From contig JACPBX010000007.1 in NCBI GenBank assembly GCA_016180085.1, forward strand, positions 1 through 53,745: 53,745 nt of DNA, in the 5' to 3' direction. The translations under genes and the position numbers were made by a program. The notes beneath the pieces were generated by a model that made no database searches, had not been told where the DNA came from, and was given only the letters and a program-made list of their open reading frames with translations. This DNA comes from Candidatus Woesearchaeota archaeon. Lineage in GTDB: Archaea > Nanobdellota > Nanobdellia > Woesearchaeales > UBA10216. Positions 35,653 to 46,100 of the stretch are shown one piece after another (position 1 is the first letter of the stretch; every line of letters begins with the position of its first letter).

Positions 35653-36828
35653 TTATCTCGCGTGCAGGAGCTTTTCCATCTCCTGCTCTTTCTTCAGAAG
35701 CTTTTCCATCTGGCGCTCTTCTTTCTTGAAGTCCTCCCTTATTTTGAACCTGGGCTCGAGTTTTGCAAGTATCTCCATTACACCGGTATACTCAAGCTCG
35801 TTCATGCCAAGCATTGCAGGCCCTGAAAAGCCCTGTTCCCTGAGAGCTAATGCTTTCTCAGCTGCCTTCGCCCTTACAGAGTCCCAGACAGGGTCAGCGT
35901 CAAACATGTCAACGCCGTCAGTGAGCTTGCCATTGTGCACGCAAAATCCTTGCGCGCAGACTATTGGCGGCCCGTCAAAGAAGCTCGCACCCTGACCGAC
36001 CTTTACAGGCGTCAATGGCCCGTTATGGCTGCCTCTCATAAATCCTGCTACGTAATGGCATATCTTGAACGGAGACAGAACCTCGCCTGTTGCCGGGAAC
36101 TGGCTTTGAGTCCTTACGAGCATCGGCGGGTCGTCCTTTCCGGTATATTTGCCTGCAATGTTGTGCAGCCTTGTTGTGCCGACGGCTACCGCCTGCTCGC
36201 CTGTAGCCCTGCTGTAAATGCCCTCAATTACAAACCTGTCATTATCCCTGATTAATGCGGCAAGCTCATAAAGCTCCTCTGGTGTGTTCAGCTCGATAAC
36301 CCTGTCGCCCTCAGTATACGTTACATCCATCACCTTAAACTTGAACCCCTGGCTCAGCTTCGAGCTTAGCAGCAGGCCTGCGCAGTTCATCGGGTCTGCA
36401 AACCCAAGATAAAGCGGCAGGTTAAATGCGCCAGCATCGCACTTGTCTGCTGCGAAAACAATGAATGGCTCGTTAGGCCTTTCCTCAATCTCCATCTCAG
36501 CTACTGAAGGCCCCATTCCCTTGACGTTGCCTGAAAAAGCATCCTTGAGCATGTCCTGCCCCGCTCCATAGAGCCCCTGCTCCTTGGCAATCTTTGTCGC
36601 AAAGGTGAAAGCGTCCCATGCAATCTTGTGCACTTCAGGGCTGTCCTTGCCCTGTGCGTGAGTCATCAGGATTCCTATGTCATCACCGATTGAAAAGACC
36701 CTGTAATCCATTGCCCACTGGCTTTTCCCAACAAAATCCTTGATTGCAGCCAGGACCTCCTTGCTCGGCCTTACATGCCCGCCGATGGAGCCAATGTCAG
36801 CTTTTATCAACGTTATAGTAGTCTTCAT
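35653..36828 (-). CDS. fbp: Fructose-1,6-bisphosphate aldolase/phosphatase (class V)
   Basis: IKADIGSIGGH, GDDI, QGLYGAGQD, GNVKGMGP, YTGKDDP, GFMRGSHNGP. Confidence 0.96.
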   Translation of the reverse strand: MKTTITLIKADIGSIGGHVRPSKEVLAAIKDFVGKSQWAMDYRVFSIGDDIGILMTHAQGKDSPEVHKIAWDAFTFATKIAKEQGLYGAGQDMLKDAFSGNVKGMGPSVAEMEIEERPNEPFIVFAADKCDAGAFNLPLYLGFADPMNCAGLLLSSKLSQGFKFKVMDVTYTEGDRVIELNTPEELYELAALIRDNDRFVIEGIYSRATGEQAVAVGTTRLHNIAGKYTGKDDPPMLVRTQSQFPATGEVLSPFKICHYVAGFMRGSHNGPLTPVKVGQGASFFDGPPIVCAQGFCVHNGKLTDGVDMFDADPVWDSVRAKAAEKALALREQGFSGPAMLGMNELEYTGVMEILAKLEPRFKIREDFKKEERQMEKLLKKEQEMEKLLHAR

Positions 36829-37050
36829 TCAAACACACCTCCACAACAACCTTTTTACATATTTCAACGGCTCATCACCATAGTGTATGATGAAGTAAGA
36901 TAAAATATGAGCTTATATTTAAAGATTGTTGTGCTGTGGTGCAGCATTGTGTGCAAAAAAAAACGTATGGAGGAATATAGAAACGTATTTATACTTGTCT
37001 TTGGAGAAGATTGCTTTAATCACAATTTAGTTTAACTTAGTGGCTTTATA

Positions 37051-40000
37051 GTGCAAATAGTGCAAAAGGGGTGTGCGTTTTTGGTTAAGCCAGTCAGACA
37101 AAGAATTGGTTTTATTTTCCTGCTTCTGCTGCTTGTTGCCATCTTGGCTTACTCTGCTCCTGTTTTTGGTGTTGTAAGCAGCGGCACGGCAAGTCTGAAT
37201 GTTTCCAGCTACATCAGCTTAAGCGACGGCACAGTAAGCAACCTTTCAGGCCACGTAAAATGGGACAACAGGTCAGGCATACAGGCAAGCACCTGGGCTG
37301 CAAGCACGCAGAACGGCTTTTTCAACGCAAGCCCTGGCAAGATTCATTCTCTCGGCCCCAAAAGCAACCTAAGTATCTACAGCGTGCCTAACGGTTCTGA
37401 CTTGTTCTACGGCCACTTGTATTACGAGAACCTTACTGAAACCATCTGGGCTGTTGGGGACAGTTTTGCTGTTATGACCAATAACAACACTTATGGATTC
37501 ATAGAGGTTAATAGCATAGCGTTTGGCAGCCACGTTAACATAACATGGAAGTTCCAGAGCAATGGCAGCAGCTCGTTCAGTGCCGGCTCTGGCGATTCTC
37601 AGCTTACAGGCTGCCTTAGGCACACGACAGAAGCCGCTTGCTGGAATGCCAGCACTAATGGTGAGACGTGCTACTGGGATAATTTCATAAAATCGTGCCA
37701 GCAAACTGTTGGCGGAGGGGGCACTGGAGGCGGTGGCGGGGGAGGGGCAGGTGCCAGTAACAAGACAGACTGCTTTGTTTTTGATGGCAATAAGGCGGGC
37801 TGCGGAAACATAACTGTCTGCAAGTGGTTCGATTCCGAAAGCATTTGCGACCCTAATCCCAGCTTCGACTATGCCAAGGGCGTGACGTGCCCGGACTTTG
37901 TTAACAAAACCGCTTGCAACAACCAGCCCTTCACCTCTCCGTTGTGCACATGGAACGGCACAGGTGCTGGGGAACTTCCAGTGGGGAATTGCAGCGCTAA
38001 CATCACTAAAACGTTCAACAGCTTTCCTGCTGCGCCGTATACTAACTGCGAGGCAGCCCCGAACCAGGGCAACTGCACCTTGCTGACCAACACTTATTTC
38101 ATGCCGTGTGAGTGGGATGGCAACAAGAACGAGTGCAAGGCTGCGCTTCATGGCATCTTCGGCGGAGATTCAGGAGGCAACTATTTTGACATAAGCACAA
38201 AGTCATCTTGCGAGGCATCTGGAGGCACTTGGAAGACAGAGCAGTACACCTATACCGACCAGTACGGCAATACTCAGACTTCCAGTGGCTCGTGGTGCGA
38301 GGCTTCATTCGGCAATTTCGGGAAAGAAAGCTGTAACGATGCCTGCTGGGCTTGTGAGAAGCAGAGTGACGGCACTAACTGGGCTGATGCTGCAACCGCT
38401 GCGCAAAAATGCACGAACTCTACGCTCGGCTTTTGCAAGTTCATATCAGATACAAATGCCTGGAACGGCCAGGGCTGGTGCGAGCCTGAGAGCTATATAG
38501 GGTTTGGGTTTGCGGACTGCAGCACCAACTGCTTTGGCTGCTTCAAGAACAACACGTGCGGGACAAGCGCTGCAAACTGCTCCTGGGTTCCTGACACGTT
38601 CAGCTATGACATAAATGGCGATGGCAAGTTCAACTCTTCGGAAGACGGCTGGTGTGACAAAAAGCTTGTAGCTGACAAGAAGGACTGCAGCAAGACATGC
38701 ATGGCCTGCCAAACCTCTAACGCCTGCACAACAAGCGCCTCAAACTGCACGTGGAACACCACAGGCTCTTTCGCGCAGTTCTGCCACCTGAACTCTACCC
38801 TGCAGGAGATTTGCTTCCTGCCCGGCGATGAGGACAACGACGGGCAGTTTGACTGCGCTGACGTTGATAGTTGTAATCAGGACCCGTTCTGCGGCTTCGG
38901 ATTCGGCAGTGGCGCCGGAGGTTCTGGACTGGGCGCTGGAACCGTGAACAACACAGCATGCATACAGCATGACAACAACCAAGCTAACTGTCTCCTCCAA
39001 AACGGCACGGGAATTATGAACCTCACGCCTGTGTGCTACTACCATCCTGCTCCTGGTCAGGAAACATCATTCCCGACTGTTGGCTGGTGCGACCCCGTAT
39101 TCGAGCAGAACATGATTGGCGGTATGCTCGTCGACACCCCTCCTGAAATTATAGGCGTTGATAACCTTAATGACAACATCTCAGGCCAGAACTGGACCGA
39201 CATTGGCGGCGTGGGCATTCACGAAAGCCCGGGAGCGCAGGAGAAGCTTGACCTGGGCATAGGCATGAAGAACCTCTCGCACTTTGCCGGCTGTAACAAG
39301 GTCGGCAGCTTCAAAACTACCAGTAAGAACCTCACGACAAAGTTTTACCGCTTTATTGATTCTGACAATAACGCAAGCTCTGGCTGCGCTGTAAACGGCA
39401 CACTGCCTGAGGGCGCGCAGTTCAACGAAACAGGCTTTGACTACAAGTTCTTCTACTCGGAGAACACAACAAGCGGCGAGTTCAAGGTTGCTTTCAAGTG
39501 CTACTCAGGAACGTGGATTCCTTTTTCAGCACAGCTTGCTGTTATGAAGGAGCTGTGCGTGCTGCCACCCGGAAGCCTGGGGCTTGATGTGCCAAGCGAG
39601 TTTGTCCCAAGCAGCGCCCAGGTGCTTGTCATCAACAAGGTTGACATAGGCAGCCCGAAAAATGCTATAAGAATCATGGTTATGACTGCTAACAGCAGCG
39701 GCAACCACACCGACCTTGCCGAGGCAGGCGCTGGAAGCAACGAATCAAACCCTGTTGACATTGCCGGGCCATTCTACTACACTCCCGGGAGCATTGACAA
39801 GAAGTTTGAGAACTGCCAGGCAACTGGACAGGACCTTGACGGCGATGGCCTGACAGCTGACAACGACCCTGACTGCACCTTGTTCAAGAAGTTCGGGTTC
39901 GTGCCCTTTGAGGGCGGCCCGCAATGTAAAGACGGCAAGGACAACGACAACAACGGCAACATTGACTGCAATGACGTGAGCTGCAAGTATGACCCATTCT

Positions 40001-41637
40001 CCGGATGCCCGGGAGGCTTTGGCATGAGCTGCGACCCGACTGACAAAAGCCCGCCAGGCCAGAAGTGGCTTGATGCCAGCATTTTCCCGGAAGGCGCATC
40101 AATCTCGTTTGATTCCGACGAGCCCAGCAACGGCACAATCGCATTTTACGGCAACGATAGCAAGTGCTTAACCCTCAACTCAACGATAAAGGACTACGGG
40201 CTGACAGATGCAACCACGGGCAACGAGTACAAGTCGTGGCACGACGCAGTAATAGACAGGTACAGCGTAAACGCCACATTGAGCAGCAACAAAACGTATT
40301 ACTACAAGTTCAAGATGTGCGACCTGTGCGGCAACTGCTTATCAGGCGCCTGCACGAACTTCACGACCACTGCGAGCTATTCAGATTACGTGTTCAAGCC
40401 TGTTCCGAACTCAGGGCTTCAGATAGACATCCCCCAGTTGGGTGTGTCTGGCGATAGCATGACTTACGGCAAGAAGGTAAACGCGTCCAATGCCCAGAAC
40501 ATTGACATAACAGTCAAGGACCCGACCATTGGCTACAACATCACACTGCACAACGTTTCGGTTTTCTCTGCAGCAACGATCAACATAACCACGCTGTACA
40601 GTTCAAACTCTAGCAACAAGTACGTCGGCATAAATACTACAAGCTGGAATACAATTATGCAAAAGCTCGGCGTTAAGTATGTTACAATAACAATACCTGA
40701 TAACGGCACCCAGCTTTGGAAGTGCGACGATGATAACTTGTCGAACTGCTTTGACATGACCAGCAACGCCAGCTGCACCTTCGGCACTTCAGTCACTAAC
40801 TGCACAATGTCGGTAGGAACAGGCCTTGGCTTCTCCTATTATGGGGTGCAGGGCACAAAAACTTACACAAGCGGAGGAAGCAGCCAGTCACCAAGTGGCA
40901 GCGGCGGTGGAGGCGGAGGAGGAGGCGGTGGTGGAGGAGGAAGTGCCTTGGTCTCTGAAAGCTCGCTGCTGCAGAAGGCCTTAAGCGCAGGTGACTCGGG
41001 AACCTTCACTTACAAGAAATTTGCCAGCCTTGGCGTTTATGAAATAGTTGCTGAGGCCGGAGCAGCCGCAACCAACCCCTCAGTAACTGTCAGGGAGACC
41101 AACCTGGCTGTAAACGTCGCAGCGCCAATCCCGAAAGAAGCGGGAAACGTGTACAAATACCTGTCGATAACAAAGGCCAACCTTGAAACGGTTACAAAGG
41201 CAACGATAAAGTTCAGCGTTCCGACTGAGTGGTTCACCAACAACAGCTTAGATCCATCCACCACTTCGCTAAACAGGCTTGTCTCCAACAGCTGGGTCAA
41301 GCTGCCGACAAGGCAGGCTGCATCCGGGGATGCCAAGTTTACAAGCTACGAGGCTGAAAGTGAAGGGTTCTCGACCTTCGCGATTGCGGCAGAAAAAGCA
41401 AAGGCCAAGCCGGTTGTGACAGCTCCACCAGTGCCGACAGGCGCTGTTGTTCAGGAAACGCCTGCACAGCAACCTGAGGATGTGCAGCCTCAACAGCAGG
41501 CAGCATCAGCCAAGGAAGGCAGCAGTCTTGGGTTTGTGTCAAGGACTCTGCTCACCATTATCGTAGCTATTGTCGCTGTGCTGGTCCTTTTGGAGGTCCT
41601 GCACAAGCTCCACAAGAAAGTTCCGCCAAAGCAGTAA
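37051..41637 (+). CDS. Large Cys-rich surface protein with C-terminal PGF-pre-PGF domain and TM anchor
   Basis: Repeated C-x-W...C modules, D-x-D-x-DG..DC.D.DC motifs, Fn3-like region, poly-Gly, YKYLSI...FSVP..W...Y.AES.GFSTFAI, C-terminal TM. Start uncertain. Confidence 0.88.
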   Translation: MQIVQKGCAFLVKPVRQRIGFIFLLLLLVAILAYSAPVFGVVSSGTASLNVSSYISLSDGTVSNLSGHVKWDNRSGIQASTWAASTQNGFFNASPGKIHSLGPKSNLSIYSVPNGSDLFYGHLYYENLTETIWAVGDSFAVMTNNNTYGFIEVNSIAFGSHVNITWKFQSNGSSSFSAGSGDSQLTGCLRHTTEAACWNASTNGETCYWDNFIKSCQQTVGGGGTGGGGGGGAGASNKTDCFVFDGNKAGCGNITVCKWFDSESICDPNPSFDYAKGVTCPDFVNKTACNNQPFTSPLCTWNGTGAGELPVGNCSANITKTFNSFPAAPYTNCEAAPNQGNCTLLTNTYFMPCEWDGNKNECKAALHGIFGGDSGGNYFDISTKSSCEASGGTWKTEQYTYTDQYGNTQTSSGSWCEASFGNFGKESCNDACWACEKQSDGTNWADAATAAQKCTNSTLGFCKFISDTNAWNGQGWCEPESYIGFGFADCSTNCFGCFKNNTCGTSAANCSWVPDTFSYDINGDGKFNSSEDGWCDKKLVADKKDCSKTCMACQTSNACTTSASNCTWNTTGSFAQFCHLNSTLQEICFLPGDEDNDGQFDCADVDSCNQDPFCGFGFGSGAGGSGLGAGTVNNTACIQHDNNQANCLLQNGTGIMNLTPVCYYHPAPGQETSFPTVGWCDPVFEQNMIGGMLVDTPPEIIGVDNLNDNISGQNWTDIGGVGIHESPGAQEKLDLGIGMKNLSHFAGCNKVGSFKTTSKNLTTKFYRFIDSDNNASSGCAVNGTLPEGAQFNETGFDYKFFYSENTTSGEFKVAFKCYSGTWIPFSAQLAVMKELCVLPPGSLGLDVPSEFVPSSAQVLVINKVDIGSPKNAIRIMVMTANSSGNHTDLAEAGAGSNESNPVDIAGPFYYTPGSIDKKFENCQATGQDLDGDGLTADNDPDCTLFKKFGFVPFEGGPQCKDGKDNDNNGNIDCNDVSCKYDPFSGCPGGFGMSCDPTDKSPPGQKWLDASIFPEGASISFDSDEPSNGTIAFYGNDSKCLTLNSTIKDYGLTDATTGNEYKSWHDAVIDRYSVNATLSSNKTYYYKFKMCDLCGNCLSGACTNFTTTASYSDYVFKPVPNSGLQIDIPQLGVSGDSMTYGKKVNASNAQNIDITVKDPTIGYNITLHNVSVFSAATINITTLYSSNSSNKYVGINTTSWNTIMQKLGVKYVTITIPDNGTQLWKCDDDNLSNCFDMTSNASCTFGTSVTNCTMSVGTGLGFSYYGVQGTKTYTSGGSSQSPSGSGGGGGGGGGGGGGSALVSESSLLQKALSAGDSGTFTYKKFASLGVYEIVAEAGAAATNPSVTVRETNLAVNVAAPIPKEAGNVYKYLSITKANLETVTKATIKFSVPTEWFTNNSLDPSTTSLNRLVSNSWVKLPTRQAASGDAKFTSYEAESEGFSTFAIAAEKAKAKPVVTAPPVPTGAVVQETPAQQPEDVQPQQQAASAKEGSSLGFVSRTLLTIIVAIVAVLVLLEVLHKLHKKVPPKQ

Positions 41638-41681
41638 GGAAGCAGTAAATAGGGCAGGATTAGTCCTATTAGCTCTTGTTC

Positions 41682-42608
41682 TTATTGCCGGCTTATGCCT
41701 TCAAGGTATCTTTCTGCCTCAAGCGCTGCCTGGCAGCCCATCCCGGCTGCCGTGACTGCCTGCCTGTATACCTTGTCGTGAACATCGCCAGCCACAAAAA
41801 CGCCTGGCAGCTTCGTCCTCATCCTGCCATCAGCGATGATGTAGCCGTTCTCGTCCAGCTCCAGAACGCCTTTGAACACCGCGCTGTTCGGGATGTGGCC
41901 AATCGCCAGAAAGACCGCATCTGTTTTCAGTTCGCGGCTGCTGCCATCATTAACGTCCTTTATTCTAACCTCGGTTACTTTTTTGCCGTCTCCAAGAATC
42001 TCCTCAACAGAGGAGTTCCAGACGACCTTTATTTTGCTGTTGCCGAGAACGCGTTCCTGCATTATCTTGCTGGCTCTTAACTGGTCTCTGCGGTGTATTA
42101 TCGTGACAGAGTTCACCACTTTTGCCGAAAATAAGGACTCCTCGCATGCGCTGTCGCCTCCTCCAACAACAACAATATCCTTCCCGCCGTAGAACGGCGC
42201 ATCACACGTTGCACACGTATGTACGCCCCTGTTCCAGTATTTCTTCTCTGATTCGAGGCCAAGCAGCCTGGCCGATGCGCCTGTGGCGATGATAACTGAT
42301 TTTGCCTCTATTTTTTCCCCGTCAACGACCATTTCGTAAATGTTCTTCCCTTTAACCGAAAATTGCTCAACATTCCCGTCCTTGAACCTCGTGCCAAACC
42401 TCTTTGCCTGCGCCCTTGCCTTGCTAATCATCTCAGGACCCATCACGCCTTCCGGAAAGCAGGGGTAGTTCTCAACAGCTGTTGTAAGCATGAGCTGGCC
42501 TCCTTCCTCCTTTCCTGAAATAACCAGAGGGCTGAGGTTTGCCCTGGCTGCGTAAATTGCCGCAGTGAGGCCTGCTATTCCTGCCCCGATTATTACGAGT
42601 TTTTCCAT
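41682..42608 (-). CDS. trxB: Thioredoxin reductase
   Basis: IIGAGIAGLTAAIYAARA, CATCD, VVGGGDSA, GVFVAGDV. Confidence 0.96.
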   Translation of the reverse strand: MEKLVIIGAGIAGLTAAIYAARANLSPLVISGKEEGGQLMLTTAVENYPCFPEGVMGPEMISKARAQAKRFGTRFKDGNVEQFSVKGKNIYEMVVDGEKIEAKSVIIATGASARLLGLESEKKYWNRGVHTCATCDAPFYGGKDIVVVGGGDSACEESLFSAKVVNSVTIIHRRDQLRASKIMQERVLGNSKIKVVWNSSVEEILGDGKKVTEVRIKDVNDGSSRELKTDAVFLAIGHIPNSAVFKGVLELDENGYIIADGRMRTKLPGVFVAGDVHDKVYRQAVTAAGMGCQAALEAERYLEGISRQ

Positions 42609-42720
42609 GCCAGAATGCGGCTATTGGCGGTTATTTAAATTATTTCCCTTTGAAGAAAAGGAAAACCTTAAGGAAGCTGGGCAAATTATTTTTAAATAAA
42701 ACAGGACTCCTGTTTTCTTT

Positions 42721-44007
42721 ATGGCGTTGACTTTGCCGGAAATGCGGCCCTTAAAGTGCAAGCTTGTAGAGGCTATAACTCCAGAGCTGCTGCGGCAGAA
42801 TTCCGGTGATGGTAATGCTTTCTATTTGGTCACACCTATCGAGCTGGGGCTTATGGCTCAATACGTTCCCTCGACAGCTTACCGTTTTTCTCGCGAGCTT
42901 GGACTGCCTTTTCCAGAGGAAACTGCCGAGCGAAAGGCAATGCTGGCTTTTCAGCTTCAGTCAGAGATAGTTGCCAAGGGCTCAACCATTGATTCTGGAA
43001 TAATAAACGGAAGAAGGGATGCCGGAAGCGTAAGTAGCAAAATCTACCAGCTTAAGAGGTTGTCAAATATTTTCAGAATGCTTGGCGTGAAGCCGCCTGA
43101 AAAGATTCCTGCAGACGTCCTTGAGCACGGTAACCTTGATGAGATTCTGATAGCTGCGAAGCTGCGCTTTGCAGAATTCATGAAAATACTTCCTGACTGG
43201 ATGCTGCCTGTCCCTGTCTCCGTGAAGCGCGCAGACCTCGATAGCGATCAACGAAAAAGGTTCGCCTACCTCGAAGACATATTGGGGATAGCCGGTGACA
43301 ATGCAGTGGGTGTGGCTCTTTACGGCTCTGCCTCCCGTGAAACTGACCAGGCAAAGTTTTCTGACTACGACAACTACCTCGTTGTTAAGGACGGCTCTCT
43401 GCCACAGCTTTACCCTTATCTTGTCGGGAAGCGGTTTGTGAACCCGTTTGATGGCAAGCCTGTCAGCTTTAATCTGATTGAGGAAAGCACTTTCACGAAG
43501 TTTGCAAGGATGCACCACGACCCTAGCGAGAATCTTGAAAGCGGCCTGGTGCTTTACGGGGAGCTGAAGTTTCCTGTTGCTTCTGGGACGGAAACCATAG
43601 AGAGGGGCGTATCGCACGCTGTACTAAGGGCGAAGGCTTTGAAGTCTGCTGCAATCTGGGTCGCGCAGGAGCCCGATGTGCTTTCCGGCAAAGAGCCGCT
43701 TTTCAGTTTTTTCCAGAAGTCACCGGTATTTATCGTCCAAGCAGGGCTAAACCATGCCCTGGGCATTGCCTCAAGGTCAAGGGACGATATTGTGGCCGCC
43801 ATGCGGAACATTAGCGGCGGCTCTGCCCTCCCTTACCAGCCCGATGCCGCCTACCTCAGGGATGCAACACACCTGGCTGTGACCTCGGCAACCTTGCTTC
43901 TTGAACACTTCTTCAGTGGAAAGCAGTTTCAGAACAGCTTCATGCAGGGAGTAGGAATGCATAGCTATAGCGAGCAGAGGCCAGAAGTTGTGCAGGCTGG
44001 AAGTTAA
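42721..44007 (+). CDS. Hypothetical protein with Pol-beta-like nucleotidyltransferase motif
   Basis: VALYGSASR...SDYDNYLVV (hG[GS]x9-13Dh[DE]h). Confidence 0.65.
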   Translation: MALTLPEMRPLKCKLVEAITPELLRQNSGDGNAFYLVTPIELGLMAQYVPSTAYRFSRELGLPFPEETAERKAMLAFQLQSEIVAKGSTIDSGIINGRRDAGSVSSKIYQLKRLSNIFRMLGVKPPEKIPADVLEHGNLDEILIAAKLRFAEFMKILPDWMLPVPVSVKRADLDSDQRKRFAYLEDILGIAGDNAVGVALYGSASRETDQAKFSDYDNYLVVKDGSLPQLYPYLVGKRFVNPFDGKPVSFNLIEESTFTKFARMHHDPSENLESGLVLYGELKFPVASGTETIERGVSHAVLRAKALKSAAIWVAQEPDVLSGKEPLFSFFQKSPVFIVQAGLNHALGIASRSRDDIVAAMRNISGGSALPYQPDAAYLRDATHLAVTSATLLLEHFFSGKQFQNSFMQGVGMHSYSEQRPEVVQAGS

Positions 44008-44022
44008 GAGGCAGAAGCTGGT

Positions 44023-44760
44023 TTAATCCGTGTCTACCCTTGGTGCAAGCACGAAAGCCATCATTACCTTGTCTACTGTGCTGTATGTAAGCCTGAGCGG
44101 GTAGTCCTTGTTGAACTGTATTACGACCTTGTCAGAGAGCTTGCTGCCCTCAATCATCTTCTTCAGGTACTCAACAGAATACTTTGCCTTGACCTTTTCC
44201 CTTGCGATTACCTTTGTGCTCTCGGACTCCTTTATCTCTATTGCTGCGCTGTTAAGGTCGCCCTCTGCCTGCAAGGTGAGCTTGCCTGTTTCGGCAATCA
44301 GGCTCACGGACTCTGAGACTATCTCGGCATCTACTATTGCCTCGTTGAAAAGTGTTGCATCTGTCTCAACGCTGACAGGGAATGCAAGCTCTGGCACCTT
44401 CTGCTCCTTTTCCTCTGTATCGATTAAGGGCAGGCTGAATGTCCTCGTTGATGCTGACCTGAGCTGTATCTTGAGCTTGTTGCTGTCAAGCTCCAGGCTC
44501 AGCATGTCGCTTGGGTTTGCCCTCCTGAGTATCTGCCTGAAGTTGGTAAGGTTTATTGCTATGTCTGCCGGCTTTTCAATGTCATACTCTGTAAAGGCTG
44601 TCGGGAGAAGCTTGAATATGACCATCGCAACGTTAGCCGGGTCCATGGCTACGAGCTCAATACCATCCCTGGAAATCCTCAGCTTTGCCTCGTTGACAAG
44701 CTCAGAAATTATGGCAATGCTCTCCTTAAGGTACTTTGGCTCTGAAAGCGTCAGCCTCAT
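44023..44760 (-). CDS. pcn: DNA polymerase sliding clamp PCNA
   Basis: GIELVAMDPANVAMV, KYSVEYLKKMI, DYPLRL, FVLAPRVD. Confidence 0.97.
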   Translation of the reverse strand: MRLTLSEPKYLKESIAIISELVNEAKLRISRDGIELVAMDPANVAMVIFKLLPTAFTEYDIEKPADIAINLTNFRQILRRANPSDMLSLELDSNKLKIQLRSASTRTFSLPLIDTEEKEQKVPELAFPVSVETDATLFNEAIVDAEIVSESVSLIAETGKLTLQAEGDLNSAAIEIKESESTKVIAREKVKAKYSVEYLKKMIEGSKLSDKVVIQFNKDYPLRLTYSTVDKVMMAFVLAPRVDTD

Positions 44761-44919
44761 CTTTTAACCCCAAAATCAGTAATTAACTCCGAAAATCCCC
44801 AAATCAACCGCTATTAACCACTGGACAGTTTTTGCCGCTATTTAAATATTTTTTGCAGCCCTGGGGTCTGCGGCGTTGCATTAGCTTTTTATGCTAAAGC
44901 GGACTCCCGAAAGCAGGCT

Positions 44920-45894
44920 ATGGCTCTGGAGTTAAAGTTTGGAAATAGGATAAGCGATGAAGGCAAAGAAAGGCTGAAGGCTTCGATTGCTTACTCTTAC
45001 ATGGAAGCGTTTTCGGTACTCCACAACTCCTCTTATTTTGAAACACTGCCCGGGAGAAGCAGGAAGGAGCAGCTGGGATTTATGCGGCAGTATGTGCGGG
45101 ACTATGACACCGGGCTGTATAAAGAGGTTACCGGGAGGATGCTGAGATGGGCGGCTGAAGAGGGACAGAGGCCCAGACACGTCCTTGATGGAGGCAGCGG
45201 TCCAGGCATTTCGGCACAGGTCGTACTGCAGGAGACTGCACCTGAAAAAATGACCTTAGTGGATGTGTCCGGAGCTGCCTTGGAACTTGCAAGGGAACGT
45301 TTACAACAGTTCAATGGTCCTACGAAAATTAGCTACAAAATAGGCAGGGTTGAGTCCCTGGAAGAAGTGATAATGGAACCCGTCGATATGGTTCTCATGC
45401 GCTCAGTTGTAAGGTTTGTTCATCCCTCGAACTACAAAGCAATGTTTAGCAGAATGAGAGATATTTTGAGGCCTGGAGGTGTAGTGCTGTTAGATCTTCC
45501 GTATTTTTCCCCGAAGCTTGAATTTTTTGATGCGGCGTGCGCTGAAGCCCTCGGAAAAGCACTTGGCAAGACTTTTGGCATACCTGAACTTGGGAATGAC
45601 TACTGTTATCCGCTTCCAGAATCGCTGCTTGCTGCAGCAAATGCTGGCCTAGCGGCTGCCGGCTTCAAGACCGTAAAAGAGAAGACATTCATTGAAGTGC
45701 CCAGTGCTGAAGCTCAGATTAGGATAATTTCAATGCAGCTGTGGTACGCAGCTATGGCGCTGGGGAATCACCCGGCCGATTTCGAGTTGTTTGTTAAGAA
45801 AAAAGATAAACTGGCAACCGAGGTGGTTTCTTCATTGTCAGGACGGAAACTCCATTACAGTTCCCCAGTCGCCGTAATGGCCGTAAAGGACTAA
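44920..45894 (+). CDS. Class I SAM-dependent methyltransferase (paralog 1)
   Basis: VLDGGSGPG, LVDVS, LRPGGVVLLD. Confidence 0.85.
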   Translation: MALELKFGNRISDEGKERLKASIAYSYMEAFSVLHNSSYFETLPGRSRKEQLGFMRQYVRDYDTGLYKEVTGRMLRWAAEEGQRPRHVLDGGSGPGISAQVVLQETAPEKMTLVDVSGAALELARERLQQFNGPTKISYKIGRVESLEEVIMEPVDMVLMRSVVRFVHPSNYKAMFSRMRDILRPGGVVLLDLPYFSPKLEFFDAACAEALGKALGKTFGIPELGNDYCYPLPESLLAAANAGLAAAGFKTVKEKTFIEVPSAEAQIRIISMQLWYAAMALGNHPADFELFVKKKDKLATEVVSSLSGRKLHYSSPVAVMAVKD

Positions 45895-45900
45895 GTCAAT

Positions 45901-45999
45901 GTAATGCAAGGTCACTTTCTTCCCTCCATGCTTAGGCCAAGGAGGGAAAACCCAAACCTGCATTACGCCGATTGGGTCCAGTCGCAACAGCGACTTGGG
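45901..45999. other. Structured intergenic element between the methyltransferase paralogs
   Basis: GTAATGCA(A)GG/CCTGCATTAC enclosing TTCCCTCC/GGAGGGAA, then hairpin CCAGTCGC-AACA-GCGACTTGG. Confidence 0.5.
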
Positions 46000-46100
46000 A
46001 GTGAGTGTTGCTAAACACCACGGCAGCAAGCAGAACCACAGACTCAGGACAAAGCTGCGTTCGTGAAAAAATTTTAAGCAGGCCGCTTCTGTCACGGCGC

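Noticed and set aside
40900-40940. GGN tracts (also near 18170-18205 and 26030-26095) as contingency repeats
   Set aside because: They are mixed-codon poly-Gly linkers, in frame, and not homopolymeric slippage tracts.
44641-44760. Genome-wide CUC/CUU Leu-to-Ser reassignment
   Set aside because: CTT and CTC encode Leu at positions where PCNA normally has Leu or another hydrophobic residue (YLK, SELV, IELVAMD).
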